Of a DNA stretch of 64,000 nt, positions 23,471-38,400 are shown one piece after another. Both the position numbers and the translations under genes were made by a program. The DNA is from Perkinsela sp. CCAP 1560/9 (taxonomy: Eukaryota; Protista; Euglenozoa: Kinetoplastea), in NCBI GenBank assembly GCA_965644495.1, contig CBFFSA010000035.1, positions 24,001 to 88,000 of the forward strand, written 5' to 3'. Every line of letters starts with the position of its first letter. Position 1 is the stretch's first letter. A model generated the notes under the pieces. It saw nothing but the letters and a program-made list of their open reading frames with translations. It did no database searches and was not told where the DNA came from.

Positions 23471-26400
23471 CCTTTCTTTTGCTAAGACCCTTCCTTTTGT
23501 TAAGACCCTTTCTTTTGTTAAGACCCTTTCTTTTGTTAAGACCCTTTCTTTTGTTAAGACCCTTTCTTTTGTTAAGACCCTTTCTTTTGCTAAGACCCTT
23601 CCTTTTGTTAAGCCCCTTTTTTTTGTTAAGACCCTTTCTTTTGTTAAGACCCTTTCTTTTGTTAAGACCCTTTCTTTTGTTAAGACCCTTTCTTTTGTTA
23701 AGACCCTTTCTTTTGTTAAGACCCTTTCTTTTGCTAAGACCCTTCCTTTTGTTAAGACCCTTTCTTTTGTTAAGACCCTTTCTTTTGTTAAGACCCTTTC
23801 TTTTGTTAAGACCCTTTCTTTTGTTAAGCCCCTTTCTTTTGTTAAGCCCCTTTCTTTTGTTAAGACCCTTTCTTTTGTTAAGACCCTTTCTTTTGTTAAG
23901 ACCTTTTCTTTTGTTAAGACCCTTTCTTTTGTTAAGCCCCTTTCTTTTGTTAAGACCCTTTCTTTTGTTAAGACCCTTTCTTTTGTTAAGACCCTTTCTT
24001 TTGTTAAGACCCTTTCTTTTGTTAAGACCCTTTCTTTTGTTAAGACCCTTTCTTTTGTTAAAACCCTTTCTTTTGTTAAGCCCCTTTCTTTTGTTAAGAC
24101 CCTTTCTTTTGTTAAAACCCTTTCTTTTGTTAAGCCCCTTTCTTTTGTTAAGCCCCTTTCTTTTGTTAAGACCCTTTCTTTTGTTAAGACCCTTTCTTTT
24201 GTTAAGCCCCTTTCTTTTGTTAAGACCCTTTCTTTTGTTAAGAACCTTTCTTTTGTTAAGACCCTTTCTTTTGTTAAGACCCTTTCTTTTGTTAAGACCC
24301 TTTCTTTTGTTAAGACCCTTTCTTTTGTTAAGACCTTTTCTTTTGTTAAGACCCTTTCTTTTGTTAAGACCCTTTCTTTTGTTAAGCCCCTTTCTTTTGT
24401 TAAGACCCTTTCTTTTGTTAAGCCCCTTTCTTTTGTTAAGCCCCTTTCTTTTGTTAAGACCCTTTCTTTTGTTAAGCCCCTTTCTTTTGTTAAGACCCTT
24501 TCTTTTGTTAAGACCCTTTCTTTTGTTAAGACCCTTTCTTTTGTTAAGCCCCTTTCTTTTGTTGAGACCCTTTCTTTTGTTAAGACCCTTTCTTTTGTTA
24601 AGACCCTTTCTTTTGTTAAGACCCTTTCTTTTGTTAAGACCCTTTCTTTTGTTAAGACCCTTTCTTTTGTTAAAACCCTTTCTTTTGTTAAGCCCCTTTC
24701 TTTTGTTAAGCCCCTTTCTTTTGTTAAGACCCTTTCTTTTGTTAAGACCCTTTCTTTTGTTAAGACCCTTTCTTTTGTTAAGACCCTTTCTTTTGTTAAG
24801 CCCCTTTCTTTTGTTAAGACCCTTTCTTTTGTTAAGACCCTTTCTTTTGTTAAGACCCTTTCTTTTGTTAAGACGCTTTCTTTTGTTAAGACCCTTTCTT
24901 TTGTTAAGCCCCTTTCTTTTGTTAAGACCCTTTCTTTTGTTAAGACCCTTTCTTTTGTTAAGCCCCTTTCTTTTGTTAAGACCCTTTCTTTTGTTAAGAA
25001 CCTTTCTTTTGTTAAGACCCTTTCTTTTGTTAAGACCCTTTCTTTTGTTAAGACCCTTTCTTTTGTTAAGACCCTTTCTTTTGTTAAGACCTTTTCTTTT
25101 GTTAAGACCCTTTCTTTTGTTAAGACCCTTTCTTTTGTTAAGCCCCTTTCTTTTGTTAAGACCCTTTCTTTTGTTAAGCCCCTTTCTTTTGTTAAGCCCC
25201 TTTCTTTTGTTAAGACCCTTTCTTTTGTTAAGCCCCTTTCTTTTGTTAAGACCCTTTCTTTTGTTAAGACCCTTTCTTTTGTTAAGACCCTTTCTTTTGT
25301 TAAGACCCTTTCTTTTGTTAAGCCCCTTTCTTTTGTTAAGCCCCTTTCTTTTGTTAAGACCCTTTCTTTTGTTAAGACCCTTTCTTTTGTTAAGCCCCTT
25401 TCTTTTGTTAAGACCTTTTCTTTTGTTAAGCCCCTTTTTTTTGTTAAGACCCTTTCTTTTGTTAAGACCCTTTCTTTTGTTAAGACCCTTTCTTTTGTTA
25501 AGACCCTTTCTTTTGTTAAGACCCTTTCTTTTGTTAAAACCCTTTCTTTTGTTAAGCCCCTTTCTTTTGTTAAGACCCTTTCTTTTGTTAAGACCCTTTC
25601 TTTTGTTAAGACCCTTTCTTTTGTTAAGCCCCTTTCTTTTGTTAAGACCCTTTCTTTTGTTAAGACCCTTTCTTTTGTTAAGACCCTTTCTTTTGTTAAG
25701 ACCCTTTCTTTTGTTAAAACCCTTTCTTTTGTTAAGCCCCTTTCTTTTGTTAAGCCCCTTTCTTTTGTTAAGACCCTTTCTTTTGTTAAGACCCTTTCTT
25801 TTGTTAAGACCCTTTCTTTTGTTAAGACCCTTTCTTTTGTTAAGACCCTTTCTTTTGTTAAGACCCTTTCTTTTGTTAAGACCCTTTCTTTTGTTAAGCC
25901 CCTTTCTTTTGTTAAGACCCTTTCTTTTGTTAAGACCCTTTCTTTTGTTAAGACCCTTTCTTTTGTTAAGCCCCTTTTTTTTGTTAAGACCCTTTCTTTT
26001 GTTAAGACCCTTTCTTTTGTTAAGACCCTTTCTTTTGTTAAGACCCTTTCTTTTGTTAAGCCCCTTTCTTTTGTTAAGACCCTTTCTTTTGTTAAGACCC
26101 TTTCTTTTGTTAAGACCCTTTCTTTTGTTAAGCCCCTTTTTTTTGTTAAGACCCTTTCTTTTGTTAAGACCCTTTCTTTTGTTAAGACCCTTTCTTTTGT
26201 TAAGACCCTTTCTTTTGTTAAGACCCTTTCTTTTGTTAAGACCCTTTCTTTTGTTAAGACCCTTTCTTTTGCTAAGACCCTTCCTTTTGTTAAGACCCTT
26301 TCTTTTGTTAAGACCCTTTCTTTTGTTAAGACCCTTTCTTTTGTTAAGACCCTTTCTTTTGTTAAGACCCTTTCTTTTGCTAAGACCCTTCCTTTTGTTA

Positions 26401-29400
26401 AGCCCCTTTTTTTTGTTAAGACCCTTTCTTTTGTTAAGACCCTTTCTTTTGTTAAGACCCTTTCTTTTGTTAAGACCCTTTCTTTTGTTAAGACCCTTTC
26501 TTTTGTTAAGACCCTTTCTTTTGCTAAGACCCTTCCTTTTGTTAAGACCCTTTCTTTTGTTAAGACCCTTTCTTTTGTTAAGACCCTTTCTTTTGTTAAG
26601 ACCCTTTCTTTTGTTAAGCCCCTTTCTTTTGTTAAGCCCCTTTCTTTTGTTAAGACCCTTTCTTTTGTTAAGACCCTTTCTTTTGTTAAGACCCTTTCTT
26701 TTGTTAAGACCCTTTCTTTTGTTAAGCCCCTTTCTTTTGTTAAGACCCTTTCTTTTGTTAAGACCCTTTCTTTTGTTAAGACCCTTTCTTTTGTTAAGAC
26801 CCTTTCTTTTGTTAAGACCCTTTCTTTTGTTAAGACCCTTTCTTTTGTTAAAACCCTTTCTTTTGTTAAGCCCCTTTCTTTTGTTAAGCCCCTTTCTTTT
26901 GTTAAGACCCTTTCTTTTGTTAAGCCCCTTTCTTTTGTTAAGACCCTTTCTTTTGTTAAGACCCTTTCTTTTGTTAAGACCCTTTCTTTTGTTAAGCCCC
27001 TTTCTTTTGTTAAGACCCTTTCTTTTGTTAAGACCCTTTCTTTTGTTAAGCCCCTTTCTTTTGTTAAGACCCTTTCTTTTGTTAAGACCCTTTCTTTTGT
27101 TAAGACCCTTTCTTTTGTTAAGACCCTTTCTTTTGTTAAGACCCTTTCTTTTGTTAAGCCCCTTTCTTTTGTTAAGACCCTTTCTTTTGTTAAGACCCTT
27201 TCTTTTGTTAAGACCCTTTCTTTTGTTAAGACCCTTTCTTTTGTTAAGACCCTTTCTTTTGTTAAGACCCTTTCTTTTGTTAAAACCCTTTCTTTTGTTA
27301 AGCCCCTTTCTTTTGTTAAGCCCCTTTCTTTTGTTAAGACCCTTTCTTTTGTTAAGCCCCTTTCTTTTGTTAAGACCCTTTCTTTTGTTAAGACCCTTTC
27401 TTTTGTTAAGACCCTTTCTTTTGTTAAGCCCCTTTCTTTTGTTAAGACCCTTTCTTTTGTTAAGACCCTTTCTTTTGTTAAGCCCCTTTCTTTTGTTAAG
27501 ACCCTTTCTTTTGTTAAGCCCCTTTCTTTTGTTAAGACCCTTTCTTTTGTTAAGACCCTTTCTTTTGTTAAGACCCTTTCTTTTGTTAAGACCCTTTCTT
27601 TTGTTAAGACCCTTTCTTTTGTTAAGACCCTTTCTTTTGTTAAGACCCTTTCTTTTGTTAAGCCCCTTTCTTTTGTTAAGCCCCTTTCTTTTGTTAAGAC
27701 CCTTTCTTTTGTTAAGACCCTTTCTTTTGTTAAGACCCTTTCTTTTGTTAAGACCTTTTCTTTTGTTAAGACCCTTTCTTTTGTTAAGCCCCTTTCTTTT
27801 GTTAAGACCCTTTCTTTTGTTAAGACCCTTTCTTTTGTTAAGACCCTTTCTTTTGTTAAGACCCTTTCTTTTGTTAAGACCCTTTCTTTTGTTAAGACCC
27901 TTTCTTTTGTTAAAACCCTTTCTTTTGTTAAGCCCCTTTCTTTTGTTAAGACCCTTTCTTTTGTTAAAACCCTTTCTTTTGTTAAGCCCCTTTCTTTTGT
28001 TAAGCCCCTTTCTTTTGTTAAGACCCTTTCTTTTGTTAAGACCCTTTCTTTTGTTAAGCCCCTTTCTTTTGTTAAGACCCTTTCTTTTGTTAAGAACCTT
28101 TCTTTTGTTAAGACCCTTTCTTTTGTTAAGACCCTTTCTTTTGTTAAGACCCTTTCTTTTGTTAAGACCCTTTCTTTTGTTAAGACCTTTTCTTTTGTTA
28201 AGACCCTTTCTTTTGTTAAGACCCTTTCTTTTGTTAAGCCCCTTTCTTTTGTTAAGACCCTTTCTTTTGTTAAGCCCCTTTCTTTTGTTAAGCCCCTTTC
28301 TTTTGTTAAGACCCTTTCTTTTGTTAAGCCCCTTTCTTTTGTTAAGACCCTTTCTTTTGTTAAGACCCTTTCTTTTGTTAAGACCCTTTCTTTTGTTAAG
28401 CCCCTTTCTTTTGTTAAGACCCTTTCTTTTGTTAAGACCCTTTCTTTTGTTAAGACCCTTTCTTTTGTTAAGACCCTTTCTTTTGTTAAGACCCTTTCTT
28501 TTGTTAAGACCCTTTCTTTTGTTAAAACCCTTTCTTTTGTTAAGCCCCTTTCTTTTGTTAAGCCCCTTTCTTTTGTTAAGACCCTTTCTTTTGTTAAGAC
28601 CCTTTCTTTTGTTAAGACCCTTTCTTTTGTTAAGACCCTTTCTTTTGTTAAGCCCCTTTCTTTTGTTAAGACCCTTTCTTTTGTTAAGACCCTTTCTTTT
28701 GTTAAGACCCTTTCTTTTGTTAAGACCCTTTCTTTTGTTAAGACCCTTTCTTTTATTAAGACCCTTTCTTTTGTTAAGACCCTTTCTTTTGTTAAGCCCC
28801 TTTCTTTTGTTAAGCCCCTTTCTTTTGTTAAGACCCTTTCTTTTGTTAAGCCCCTTTCTTTTGTTAAGCCCCTTTCTTTTGTTAAGACCCTTTCTTTTGT
28901 TAAGACTCTTTCTTTTGTTAAGCCCCTTTCTTTTGTTAAGACCCTTTCTTTTGTTAAGACCCTTTCTTTTGTTAAGACCCTTTCTTTTGTTAAGACCCTT
29001 TCTTTTGTTAAGACCCTTTCTTTTGTTAAGCCCCTTTCTTTTGTTAAGACCCTTTCTTTTGTTAAGACCCTTTCTTTTGTTAAGACCCTTTCTTTTGTTA
29101 AGACCCTTTCTTTTGTTAAGACCCTTTCTTTTGTTAAGACCCTTTCTTTTGTTAAAACCCTTTCTTTTGTTAAGCCCCTTTCTTTTGTTAAGCCCCTTTC
29201 TTTTGTTAAGACCCTTTCTTTTGTTAAGCCCCTTTCTTTTGTTAAGACCCTTTCTTTTGTTAAGACCCTTTCTTTTGTTAAGACCCTTTCTTTTGTTAAG
29301 ACCCTTTCTTTTGTTAAGACCCTTTCTTTTGTTAAAACCCTTTCTTTTGTTAAGCCCCTTTCTTTTGTTAAGACCCTTTCTTTTGTTAAAACCCTTTCTT

Positions 29401-32400
29401 TTGTTAAGCCCCTTTCTTTTGTTAAGCCCCTTTCTTTTGTTAAGACCCTTTCTTTTGTTAAGACCCTTTCTTTTGTTAAGCCCCTTTCTTTTGTTAAGAC
29501 CCTTTCTTTTGTTAAGAACCTTTCTTTTGTTAAGACCCTTTCTTTTGTTAAGACCCTTTCTTTTGTTAAGACCCTTTCTTTTGTTAAGACCCTTTCTTTT
29601 GTTAAGACCTTTTCTTTTGTTAAGACCCTTTCTTTTGTTAAGACCCTTTCTTTTGTTAAGCCCCTTTCTTTTGTTAAGACCCTTTCTTTTGTTAAGCCCC
29701 TTTCTTTTGTTAAGCCCCTTTCTTTTGTTAAGCCCCTTTCTTTTGTAAAGCCCCTTTCTTTTGTTAAGACCCTTTCTTTTGTTAAGACCCTTTCTTTTGT
29801 TAAGACCCTTTCTTTTGTTAAGCCCCTTTCTTTTGTTAAGACCCTTTCTTTTGTTAAGACCCTTTCTTTTGTTAAGACCCTTTCTTTTGTTAAGACCCTT
29901 TCTTTTGTTAAGACCCTTTCTTTTGTTAAGACCCTTTCTTTTGTTAAAACCCTTTCTTTTGTTAAGCCCCTTTCTTTTGTTAAGCCCCTTTCTTTTGTTA
30001 AGACCCTTTCTTTTGTTAAGACCCTTTCTTTTGTTAAGACCCTTTCTTTTGTTAAGACCCTTTCTTTTGTTAAGCCCCTTTCTTTTGTTAAGACCCTTTC
30101 TTTTGTTAAGACCCTTTCTTTTGTTAAGACCCTTTCTTTTGTTAAGACCCTTTCTTTTGTTAAGACCCTTTCTTTTATTAAGACCCTTTCTTTTGTTAAG
30201 ACCCTTTCTTTTGTTAAGCCCCTTTCTTTTGTTAAGCCCCTTTCTTTTGTTAAGACCCTTTCTTTTGTTAAGCCCCTTTCTTTTGTTAAGCCCCTTTCTT
30301 TTGTTAAGACCCTTTCTTTTGTTAAGACCCTTTCTTTTGTTAAGACCCTTTCTTTTGTTAAGCCCCTTTCTTTTGTTAAGACCCTTTCTTTTGTTAAGAC
30401 CCTTTCTTTTGTTAAGACCCTTTCTTTTGTTAAGACCCTTTCTTTTGTTAAGACCCTTTCTTTTGTTAAGCCCCTTTCTTTTGTTAAGACCCTTTCTTTT
30501 GTTAAGACCCTTTCTTTTGTTAAGACCCTTTCTTTTGTTAAGACCCTTTCTTTTGTTAAGACCCTTTCTTTTGTTAAGACCCTTTCTTTTGTTAAAACCC
30601 TTTCTTTTGTTAAGCCCCTTTCTTTTGTTAAGCCCCTTTCTTTTGTTAAGACCCTTTCTTTTGTTAAGCCCCTTTCTTTTGTTAAGACCCTTTCTTTTGT
30701 TAAGACCCTTTCTTTTGTTAAGACCCTTTCTTTTGTTAAGCCCCTTTCTTTTGTTAAGACCCTTTCTTTTGTTAAGACCCTTTCTTTTGTTAAGCCCCTT
30801 TCTTTTGTTAAGACCCTTTCTTTTGTTAAGCCCCTTTCTTTTGTTAAGACCCTTTCTTTTGTTAAAACCCTTTCTTTTGTTAAGCCCCTTTCTTTTGTTA
30901 AGACCCTTTCTTTTGTTAAGCCCCTTTCTTTTGTTAAGACCCTTTCTTTTGTTAAGACCCTTTCTTTTGTTAAGCCCCTTTCTTTTGTTAAGACCCTTTC
31001 TTTTGTTAAGACCCTTTCTTTTGTTAAGACCCTTTCTTTTGTTAAGCCCCTTTTTTTTGTTAAGACCCTTTCTTTTGTTAAGACCCTTTCTTTTGTTAAG
31101 ACCCTTTCTTTTGTTAAGACCCTTTCTTTTGTTAAGACCCTTTCTTTTGTTAAGACCCTTTCTTTTGCTAAGACCCTTCCTTTTGTTAAGACCCTTTCTT
31201 TTGTTAAGACCCTTTCTTTTGTTAAGACCCTTTCTTTTGTTAAGACCCTTTCTTTTGTTAAGACCCTTTCTTTTGCTAAGACCCTTCCTTTTGTTAAGAC
31301 CCTTTCTTTTGTTAAGACCCTTTCTTTTGTTAAGACCCTTTCTTTTGTTAAGACCCTTTCTTTTGTTAAGACCCTTTCTTTTGTTAAGACCCTTTCTTTT
31401 GTTAAGACCCTTTCTTTTGTTAAGACCCTTTCTTTTGTTAAGACCCTTTCTTTTGTTAAGACCCTTTCTTTTGTTAAGACCCTTTCTTTTGTTAAGACCC
31501 TTTCTTTTGTTAAGACCCTTTCTTTTGTTAAGACCCTTTCTTTTGTTAAGACCCTTTCTTTTATTAAGATCCTTTCTTTTGTTAAGACCCTTTCTTTTGT
31601 TAAGCCCCTTTCTTTTGTTAAGCCCCTTTCTTTTGTTAAGACCCTTTCTTTTGTTAAGCCCCTTTCTTTTGTTAAGACCCTTTCTTTTGTTAAGACCCTT
31701 TCTTTTGTTAAGACCTTTTCTTTTGTTAAGACCCTTTCTTTTGTTAAGCCCCTTTCTTTTGTTAAGACCCTTTCTTTTGTTAAGACCCTTTCTTTTGTTA
31801 AGACCCTTTCTTTTGTTAAGACCCTTTCTTTTGTTAAGACCCTTTCTTTTGTTAAAACCCTTTCTTTTGTTAAGCCCCTTTCTTTTGTTAAGACCCTTTC
31901 TTTTGTTAAAACCCTTTCTTTTGTTAAGACCCTTTCTTTTGTTAAGACCCTTTCTTTTGTTAAGCCCCTTTCTTTTGTTAAGACCCTTTCTTTTGTTAAG
32001 ACCCTTTCTTTTGTTAAGCCCCTTTCTTTTGTTAAGCCCCTTTCTTTTGTTAAGACCCTTTCTTTTGTTAAGACCCTTTCTTTTGTTAAGCCCCTTTCTT
32101 TTGTTAAGACCTTTTCTTTTGTTAAGCCCCTTTTTTTTGTTAAGACCCTTTCTTTTGTTAAGACCCTTTCTTTTGTTAAGACCCTTTCTTTTGTTAAGAC
32201 CCTTTCTTTTGTTAAGACCCTTTCTTTTGTTAAAACCCTTTCTTTTGTTAAGCCCCTTTCTTTTGTTAAGACCCTTTCTTTTGTTAAGACCCTTTCTTTT
32301 GTTAAGACCCTTTCTTTTGTTAAGCCCCTTTCTTTTGTTAAGACCCTTTCTTTTGTTAAGACCCTTTCTTTTGTTAAGACCCTTTCTTTTGTTAAGACCC

Positions 32401-35400
32401 TTTCTTTTGTTAAAACCCTTTCTTTTGTTAAGCCCCTTTCTTTTGTTAAGCCCCTTTCTTTTGTTAAGACCCTTTCTTTTGTTAAGACCCTTTCTTTTGT
32501 TAAGACCCTTTCTTTTGTTAAGACCCTTTCTTTTGTTAAGACCCTTTCTTTTGTTAAGACCCTTTCTTTTGTTAAGACCCTTTCTTTTGTTAAGACCCTT
32601 TCTTTTGTTAAGACCCTTTCTTTTGTTAAGCCCCTTTCTTTTGTTAAGACCCTTTCTTTTGTTAAGACCCTTTCTTTTGTTAAGACCCTTTCTTTTGTTA
32701 AGCCCCTTTTTTTTGTTAAGACCCTTTCTTTTGTTAAGACCCTTTCTTTTGTTAAGACCCTTTCTTTTGTTAAGACCCTTTCTTTTGTTAAGCCCCTTTC
32801 TTTTGTTAAGACCCTTTCTTTTGTTAAGACCCTTTCTTTTGTTAAGACCCTTTCTTTTGTTAAGACCCTTTCTTTTGTTAAGCCCCTTTTTTTTGTTAAG
32901 ACCCTTTCTTTTGTTAAGACCCTTTCTTTTGTTAAGCCCCTTTCTTTTGTTAAGACCCTTTCTTTTGTTAAGACCCTTTCTTTTGTTAAGACCCTTTCTT
33001 TTGTTAAGACCCTTTCTTTTGTTAAGACCCTTTCTTTTGTTAAGACCCTTTCTTTTGTTAAAACCCTTTCTTTTGTTAAGCCCCTTTCTTTTGTTAAGAC
33101 CCTTTCTTTTGTTAAGACCCTTTCTTTTGTTAAGACCCTTTCTTTTGTTAAGACCCTTTCTTTTGTTAAGCCCCTTTCTTTTGTTAAGACCCTTTCTTTT
33201 GTTAAGACCCTTTCTTTTGTTAAGACCCTTTCTTTTGTTAAGACCCTTTCTTTTGTTAAGACCCTTTCTTTTATTAAGACCCTTTCTTTTGTTAAGACCC
33301 TTTCTTTTGTTAAGCCCCTTTCTTTTGTTAAGCCCCTTTCTTTTGTTAAGACCCTTTCTTTTGTTAAGCCCCTTTCTTTTGTTAAGCCCCTTTCTTTTGT
33401 TAAGACCCTTTCTTTTGTTAAGACTCTTTCTTTTGTTAAGCCCCTTTCTTTTGTTAAGACCCTTTCTTTTGTTAAGACCCTTTCTTTTGTTAAGACCCTT
33501 TCTTTTGTTAAGACCCTTTCTTTTGTTAAGACCCTTTCTTTTGTTAAGCCCCTTTCTTTTGTTAAGACCCTTTCTTTTGTTAAGACCCTTTCTTTTGTTA
33601 AGACCCTTTCTTTTGTTAAGACCCTTTCTTTTGTTAAGACCCTTTCTTTTGTTAAGACCCTTTCTTTTGTTAAAACCCTTTCTTTTGTTAAGCCCCTTTC
33701 TTTTGTTAAGCCCCTTTCTTTTGTTAAGACCCTTTCTTTTGTTAAGCCCCTTTCTTTTGTTAAGACCCTTTCTTTTGTTAAGACCCTTTCTTTTGTTAAG
33801 ACCCTTTCTTTTGTTAAGACCCTTTCTTTTGTTAAGACCCTTTCTTTTGTTAAAACCCTTTCTTTTGTTAAGCCCCTTTCTTTTGTTAAGACCCTTTCTT
33901 TTGTTAAAACCCTTTCTTTTGTTAAGCCCCTTTCTTTTGTTAAGCCCCTTTCTTTTGTTAAGACCCTTTCTTTTGTTAAGACCCTTTCTTTTGTTAAGCC
34001 CCTTTCTTTTGTTAAGACCCTTTCTTTTGTTAAGAACCTTTCTTTTGTTAAGACCCTTTCTTTTGTTAAGACCCTTTCTTTTGTTAAGACCCTTTCTTTT
34101 GTTAAGACCCTTTCTTTTGTTAAGACCTTTTCTTTTGTTAAGACCCTTTCTTTTGTTAAGACCCTTTCTTTTGTTAAGCCCCTTTCTTTTGTTAAGACCC
34201 TTTCTTTTGTTAAGCCCCTTTCTTTTGTTAAGCCCCTTTCTTTTGTTAAGCCCCTTTCTTTTGTAAAGCCCCTTTCTTTTGTTAAGACCCTTTCTTTTGT
34301 TAAGACCCTTTCTTTTGTTAAGACCCTTTCTTTTGTTAAGCCCCTTTCTTTTGTTAAGACCCTTTCTTTTGTTAAGACCCTTTCTTTTGTTAAGACCCTT
34401 TCTTTTGTTAAGACCCTTTCTTTTGTTAAGACCCTTTCTTTTGTTAAGACCCTTTCTTTTGTTAAAACCCTTTCTTTTGTTAAGCCCCTTTCTTTTGTTA
34501 AGCCCCTTTCTTTTGTTAAGACCCTTTCTTTTGTTAAGACCCTTTCTTTTGTTAAGACCCTTTCTTTTGTTAAGACCCTTTCTTTTGTTAAGCCCCTTTC
34601 TTTTGTTAAGACCCTTTCTTTTGTTAAGACCCTTTCTTTTGTTAAGACCCTTTCTTTTGTTAAGACCCTTTCTTTTGTTAAGACCCTTTCTTTTATTAAG
34701 ACCCTTTCTTTTGTTAAGACCCTTTCTTTTGTTAAGCCCCTTTCTTTTGTTAAGCCCCTTTCTTTTGTTAAGACCCTTTCTTTTGTTAAGCCCCTTTCTT
34801 TTGTTAAGCCCCTTTCTTTTGTTAAGACCCTTTCTTTTGTTAAGACCCTTTCTTTTGTTAAGACCCTTTCTTTTGTTAAGCCCCTTTCTTTTGTTAAGAC
34901 CCTTTCTTTTGTTAAGACCCTTTCTTTTGTTAAGACCCTTTCTTTTGTTAAGACCCTTTCTTTTGTTAAGACCCTTTCTTTTGTTAAGCCCCTTTCTTTT
35001 GTTAAGACCCTTTCTTTTGTTAAGACCCTTTCTTTTGTTAAGACCCTTTCTTTTGTTAAGACCCTTTCTTTTGTTAAGACCCTTTCTTTTGTTAAGACCC
35101 TTTCTTTTGTTAAAACCCTTTCTTTTGTTAAGCCCCTTTCTTTTGTTAAGCCCCTTTCTTTTGTTAAGACCCTTTCTTTTGTTAAGCCCCTTTCTTTTGT
35201 TAAGACCCTTTCTTTTGTTAAGACCCTTTCTTTTGTTAAGACCCTTTCTTTTGTTAAGCCCCTTTCTTTTGTTAAGACCCTTTCTTTTGTTAAGACCCTT
35301 TCTTTTGTTAAGCCCCTTTCTTTTGTTAAGACCCTTTCTTTTGTTAAGCCCCTTTCTTTTGTTAAGACCCTTTCTTTTGTTAAAACCCTTTCTTTTGTTA

Positions 35401-38400
35401 AGCCCCTTTCTTTTGTTAAGACCCTTTCTTTTGTTAAGCCCCTTTCTTTTGTTAAGACCCTTTCTTTTGTTAAGACCCTTTCTTTTGTTAAGCCCCTTTC
35501 TTTTGTTAAGACCCTTTCTTTTGTTAAGACCCTTTCTTTTGTTAAGACCCTTTCTTTTGTTAAGCCCCTTTTTTTTGTTAAGACCCTTTCTTTTGTTAAG
35601 ACCCTTTCTTTTGTTAAGACCCTTTCTTTTGTTAAGACCCTTTCTTTTGTTAAGACCCTTTCTTTTGTTAAGACCCTTTCTTTTGCTAAGACCCTTCCTT
35701 TTGTTAAGACCCTTTCTTTTGTTAAGACCCTTTCTTTTGTTAAGACCCTTTCTTTTGTTAAGACCCTTTCTTTTGTTAAGACCCTTTCTTTTGCTAAGAC
35801 CCTTCCTTTTGTTAAGACCCTTTCTTTTGTTAAGACCCTTTCTTTTGTTAAGACCCTTTCTTTTGTTAAGACCCTTTCTTTTGTTAAGACCCTTTCTTTT
35901 GTTAAGACCCTTTCTTTTGTTAAGACCCTTTCTTTTGTTAAGACCCTTTCTTTTGTTAAGACCCTTTCTTTTGTTAAGACCCTTTCTTTTGTTAAGACCC
36001 TTTCTTTTGTTAAGACCCTTTCTTTTGTTAAGACCCTTTCTTTTGTTAAGACCCTTTCTTTTGTTAAGACCCTTTCTTTTATTAAGATCCTTTCTTTTGT
36101 TAAGACCCTTTCTTTTGTTAAGCCCCTTTCTTTTGTTAAGCCCCTTTCTTTTGTTAAGACCCTTTCTTTTGTTAAGCCCCTTTCTTTTGTTAAGACCCTT
36201 TCTTTTGTTAAGACCCTTTCTTTTGTTAAGACCTTTTCTTTTGTTAAGACCCTTTCTTTTGTTAAGCCCCTTTCTTTTGTTAAGACCCTTTCTTTTGTTA
36301 AGACCCTTTCTTTTGTTAAGACCCTTTCTTTTGTTAAGACCCTTTCTTTTGTTAAGACCCTTTCTTTTGTTAAAACCCTTTCTTTTGTTAAGCCCCTTTC
36401 TTTTGTTAAGACCCTTTCTTTTGTTAAAACCCTTTCTTTTGTTAAGACCCTTTCTTTTGTTAAGACCCTTTCTTTTGTTAAGCCCCTTTCTTTTGTTAAG
36501 ACCCTTTCTTTTGTTAAGACCCTTTCTTTTGTTAAGCCCCTTTCTTTTGTTAAGCCCCTTTCTTTTGTTAAGACCCTTTCTTTTGTTAAGACCCTTTCTT
36601 TTGTTAAGCCCCTTTCTTTTGTTAAGACCTTTTCTTTTGTTAAGCCCCTTTTTTTTGTTAAGACCCTTTCTTTTGTTAAGACCCTTTCTTTTGTTAAGAC
36701 CCTTTCTTTTGTTAAGACCCTTTCTTTTGTTAAGACCCTTTCTTTTGTTAAAACCCTTTCTTTTGTTAAGCCCCTTTCTTTTGTTAAGACCCTTTCTTTT
36801 GTTAAGACCCTTTCTTTTGTTAAGACCCTTTCTTTTGTTAAGCCCCTTTCTTTTGTTAAGACCCTTTCTTTTGTTAAGACCCTTTCTTTTGTTAAGACCC
36901 TTTCTTTTGTTAAGACCCTTTCTTTTGTTAAAACCCTTTCTTTTGTTAAGCCCCTTTCTTTTGTTAAGCCCCTTTCTTTTGTTAAGACCCTTTCTTTTGT
37001 TAAGACCCTTTCTTTTGTTAAGACCCTTTCTTTTGTTAAGACCCTTTCTTTTGTTAAGACCCTTTCTTTTGTTAAGACCCTTTCTTTTGTTAAGACCCTT
37101 TCTTTTGTTAAGACCCTTTCTTTTGTTAAGACCCTTTCTTTTGTTAAGCCCCTTTCTTTTGTTAAGACCCTTTCTTTTGTTAAGACCCTTTCTTTTGTTA
37201 AGACCCTTTCTTTTGTTAAGCCCCTTTTTTTTGTTAAGACCCTTTCTTTTGTTAAGACCCTTTCTTTTGTTAAGACCCTTTCTTTTGTTAAGACCCTTTC
37301 TTTTGTTAAGCCCCTTTCTTTTGTTAAGACCCTTTCTTTTGTTAAGACCCTTTCTTTTGTTAAGACCCTTTCTTTTGTTAAGACCCTTTCTTTTGTTAAG
37401 CCCCTTTTTTTTGTTAAGACCCTTTCTTTTGTTAAGACCCTTTCTTTTGTTAAGACCCTTTCTTTTGTTAAGACCCTTTCTTTTGTTAAGCCCCTTTCTT
37501 TTGTTAAGACCCTTTCTTTTGTTAAGACCCTTTCTTTTGCTAAGACCCTTCCTTTTGTTAAGACCCTTTCTTTTGTTAAGACCCTTTCTTTTGTTAAGAC
37601 CCTTTCTTTTGTTAAGACCCTTTCTTTTGTTAAGACCCTTTCTTTTGCTAAGACCCTTCCTTTTGTTAAGACCCTTTCTTTTGTTAAGACCCTTTCTTTT
37701 GTTAAGACCCTTTCTTTTGTTAAGACCCTTTCTTTTGTTAAGACCCTTTCTTTTGTTAAGACCCTTTCTTTTGTTAAGACCCTTTCTTTTGTTAAGACCC
37801 TTTCTTTTGTTAAGCCCCTTTCTTTTGTTAAGCCCCTTTCTTTTGTTAAGACCCTTTCTTTTGTTAAGACCCTTTCTTTTGTTAAGCCCCTTTTTTTTGT
37901 TAAGACCCTTTCTTTTGTTAAGACCCTTTCTTTTGTTAAGACCCTTTCTTTTGTTAAGACCCTTTCTTTTGTTAAGACCCTTTCTTTTGTTAAGACCCTT
38001 TCTTTTGTTAAGACCCTTTCTTTTGCTAAGACCCTTCCTTTTGTTAAGACCCTTTCTTTTGTTAAGACCCTTTCTTTTGTTAAGCCCCTTTCTTTTGTTA
38101 AGACCCTTTCTTTTGTTAAGACCCTTTCTTTTGTTAAGACCCTTTCTTTTGTTAAGCCCCTTTCTTTTGTTAAGACCCTTTCTTTTGTTAAGACCCTTTC
38201 TTTTGTTAAGCCCCTTTCTTTTGTTAAGACCCTTTCTTTTGTTAAGCCCCTTTCTTTTGTTAAGACCCTTTCTTTTGTTAAAACCCTTTCTTTTGTTAAG
38301 CCCCTTTCTTTTGTTAAGACCCTTTCTTTTGTTAAGACCCTTTCTTTTGTTAAGACCCTTTCTTTTGTTAAGCCCCTTTCTTTTGTTAAGACCCTTTCTT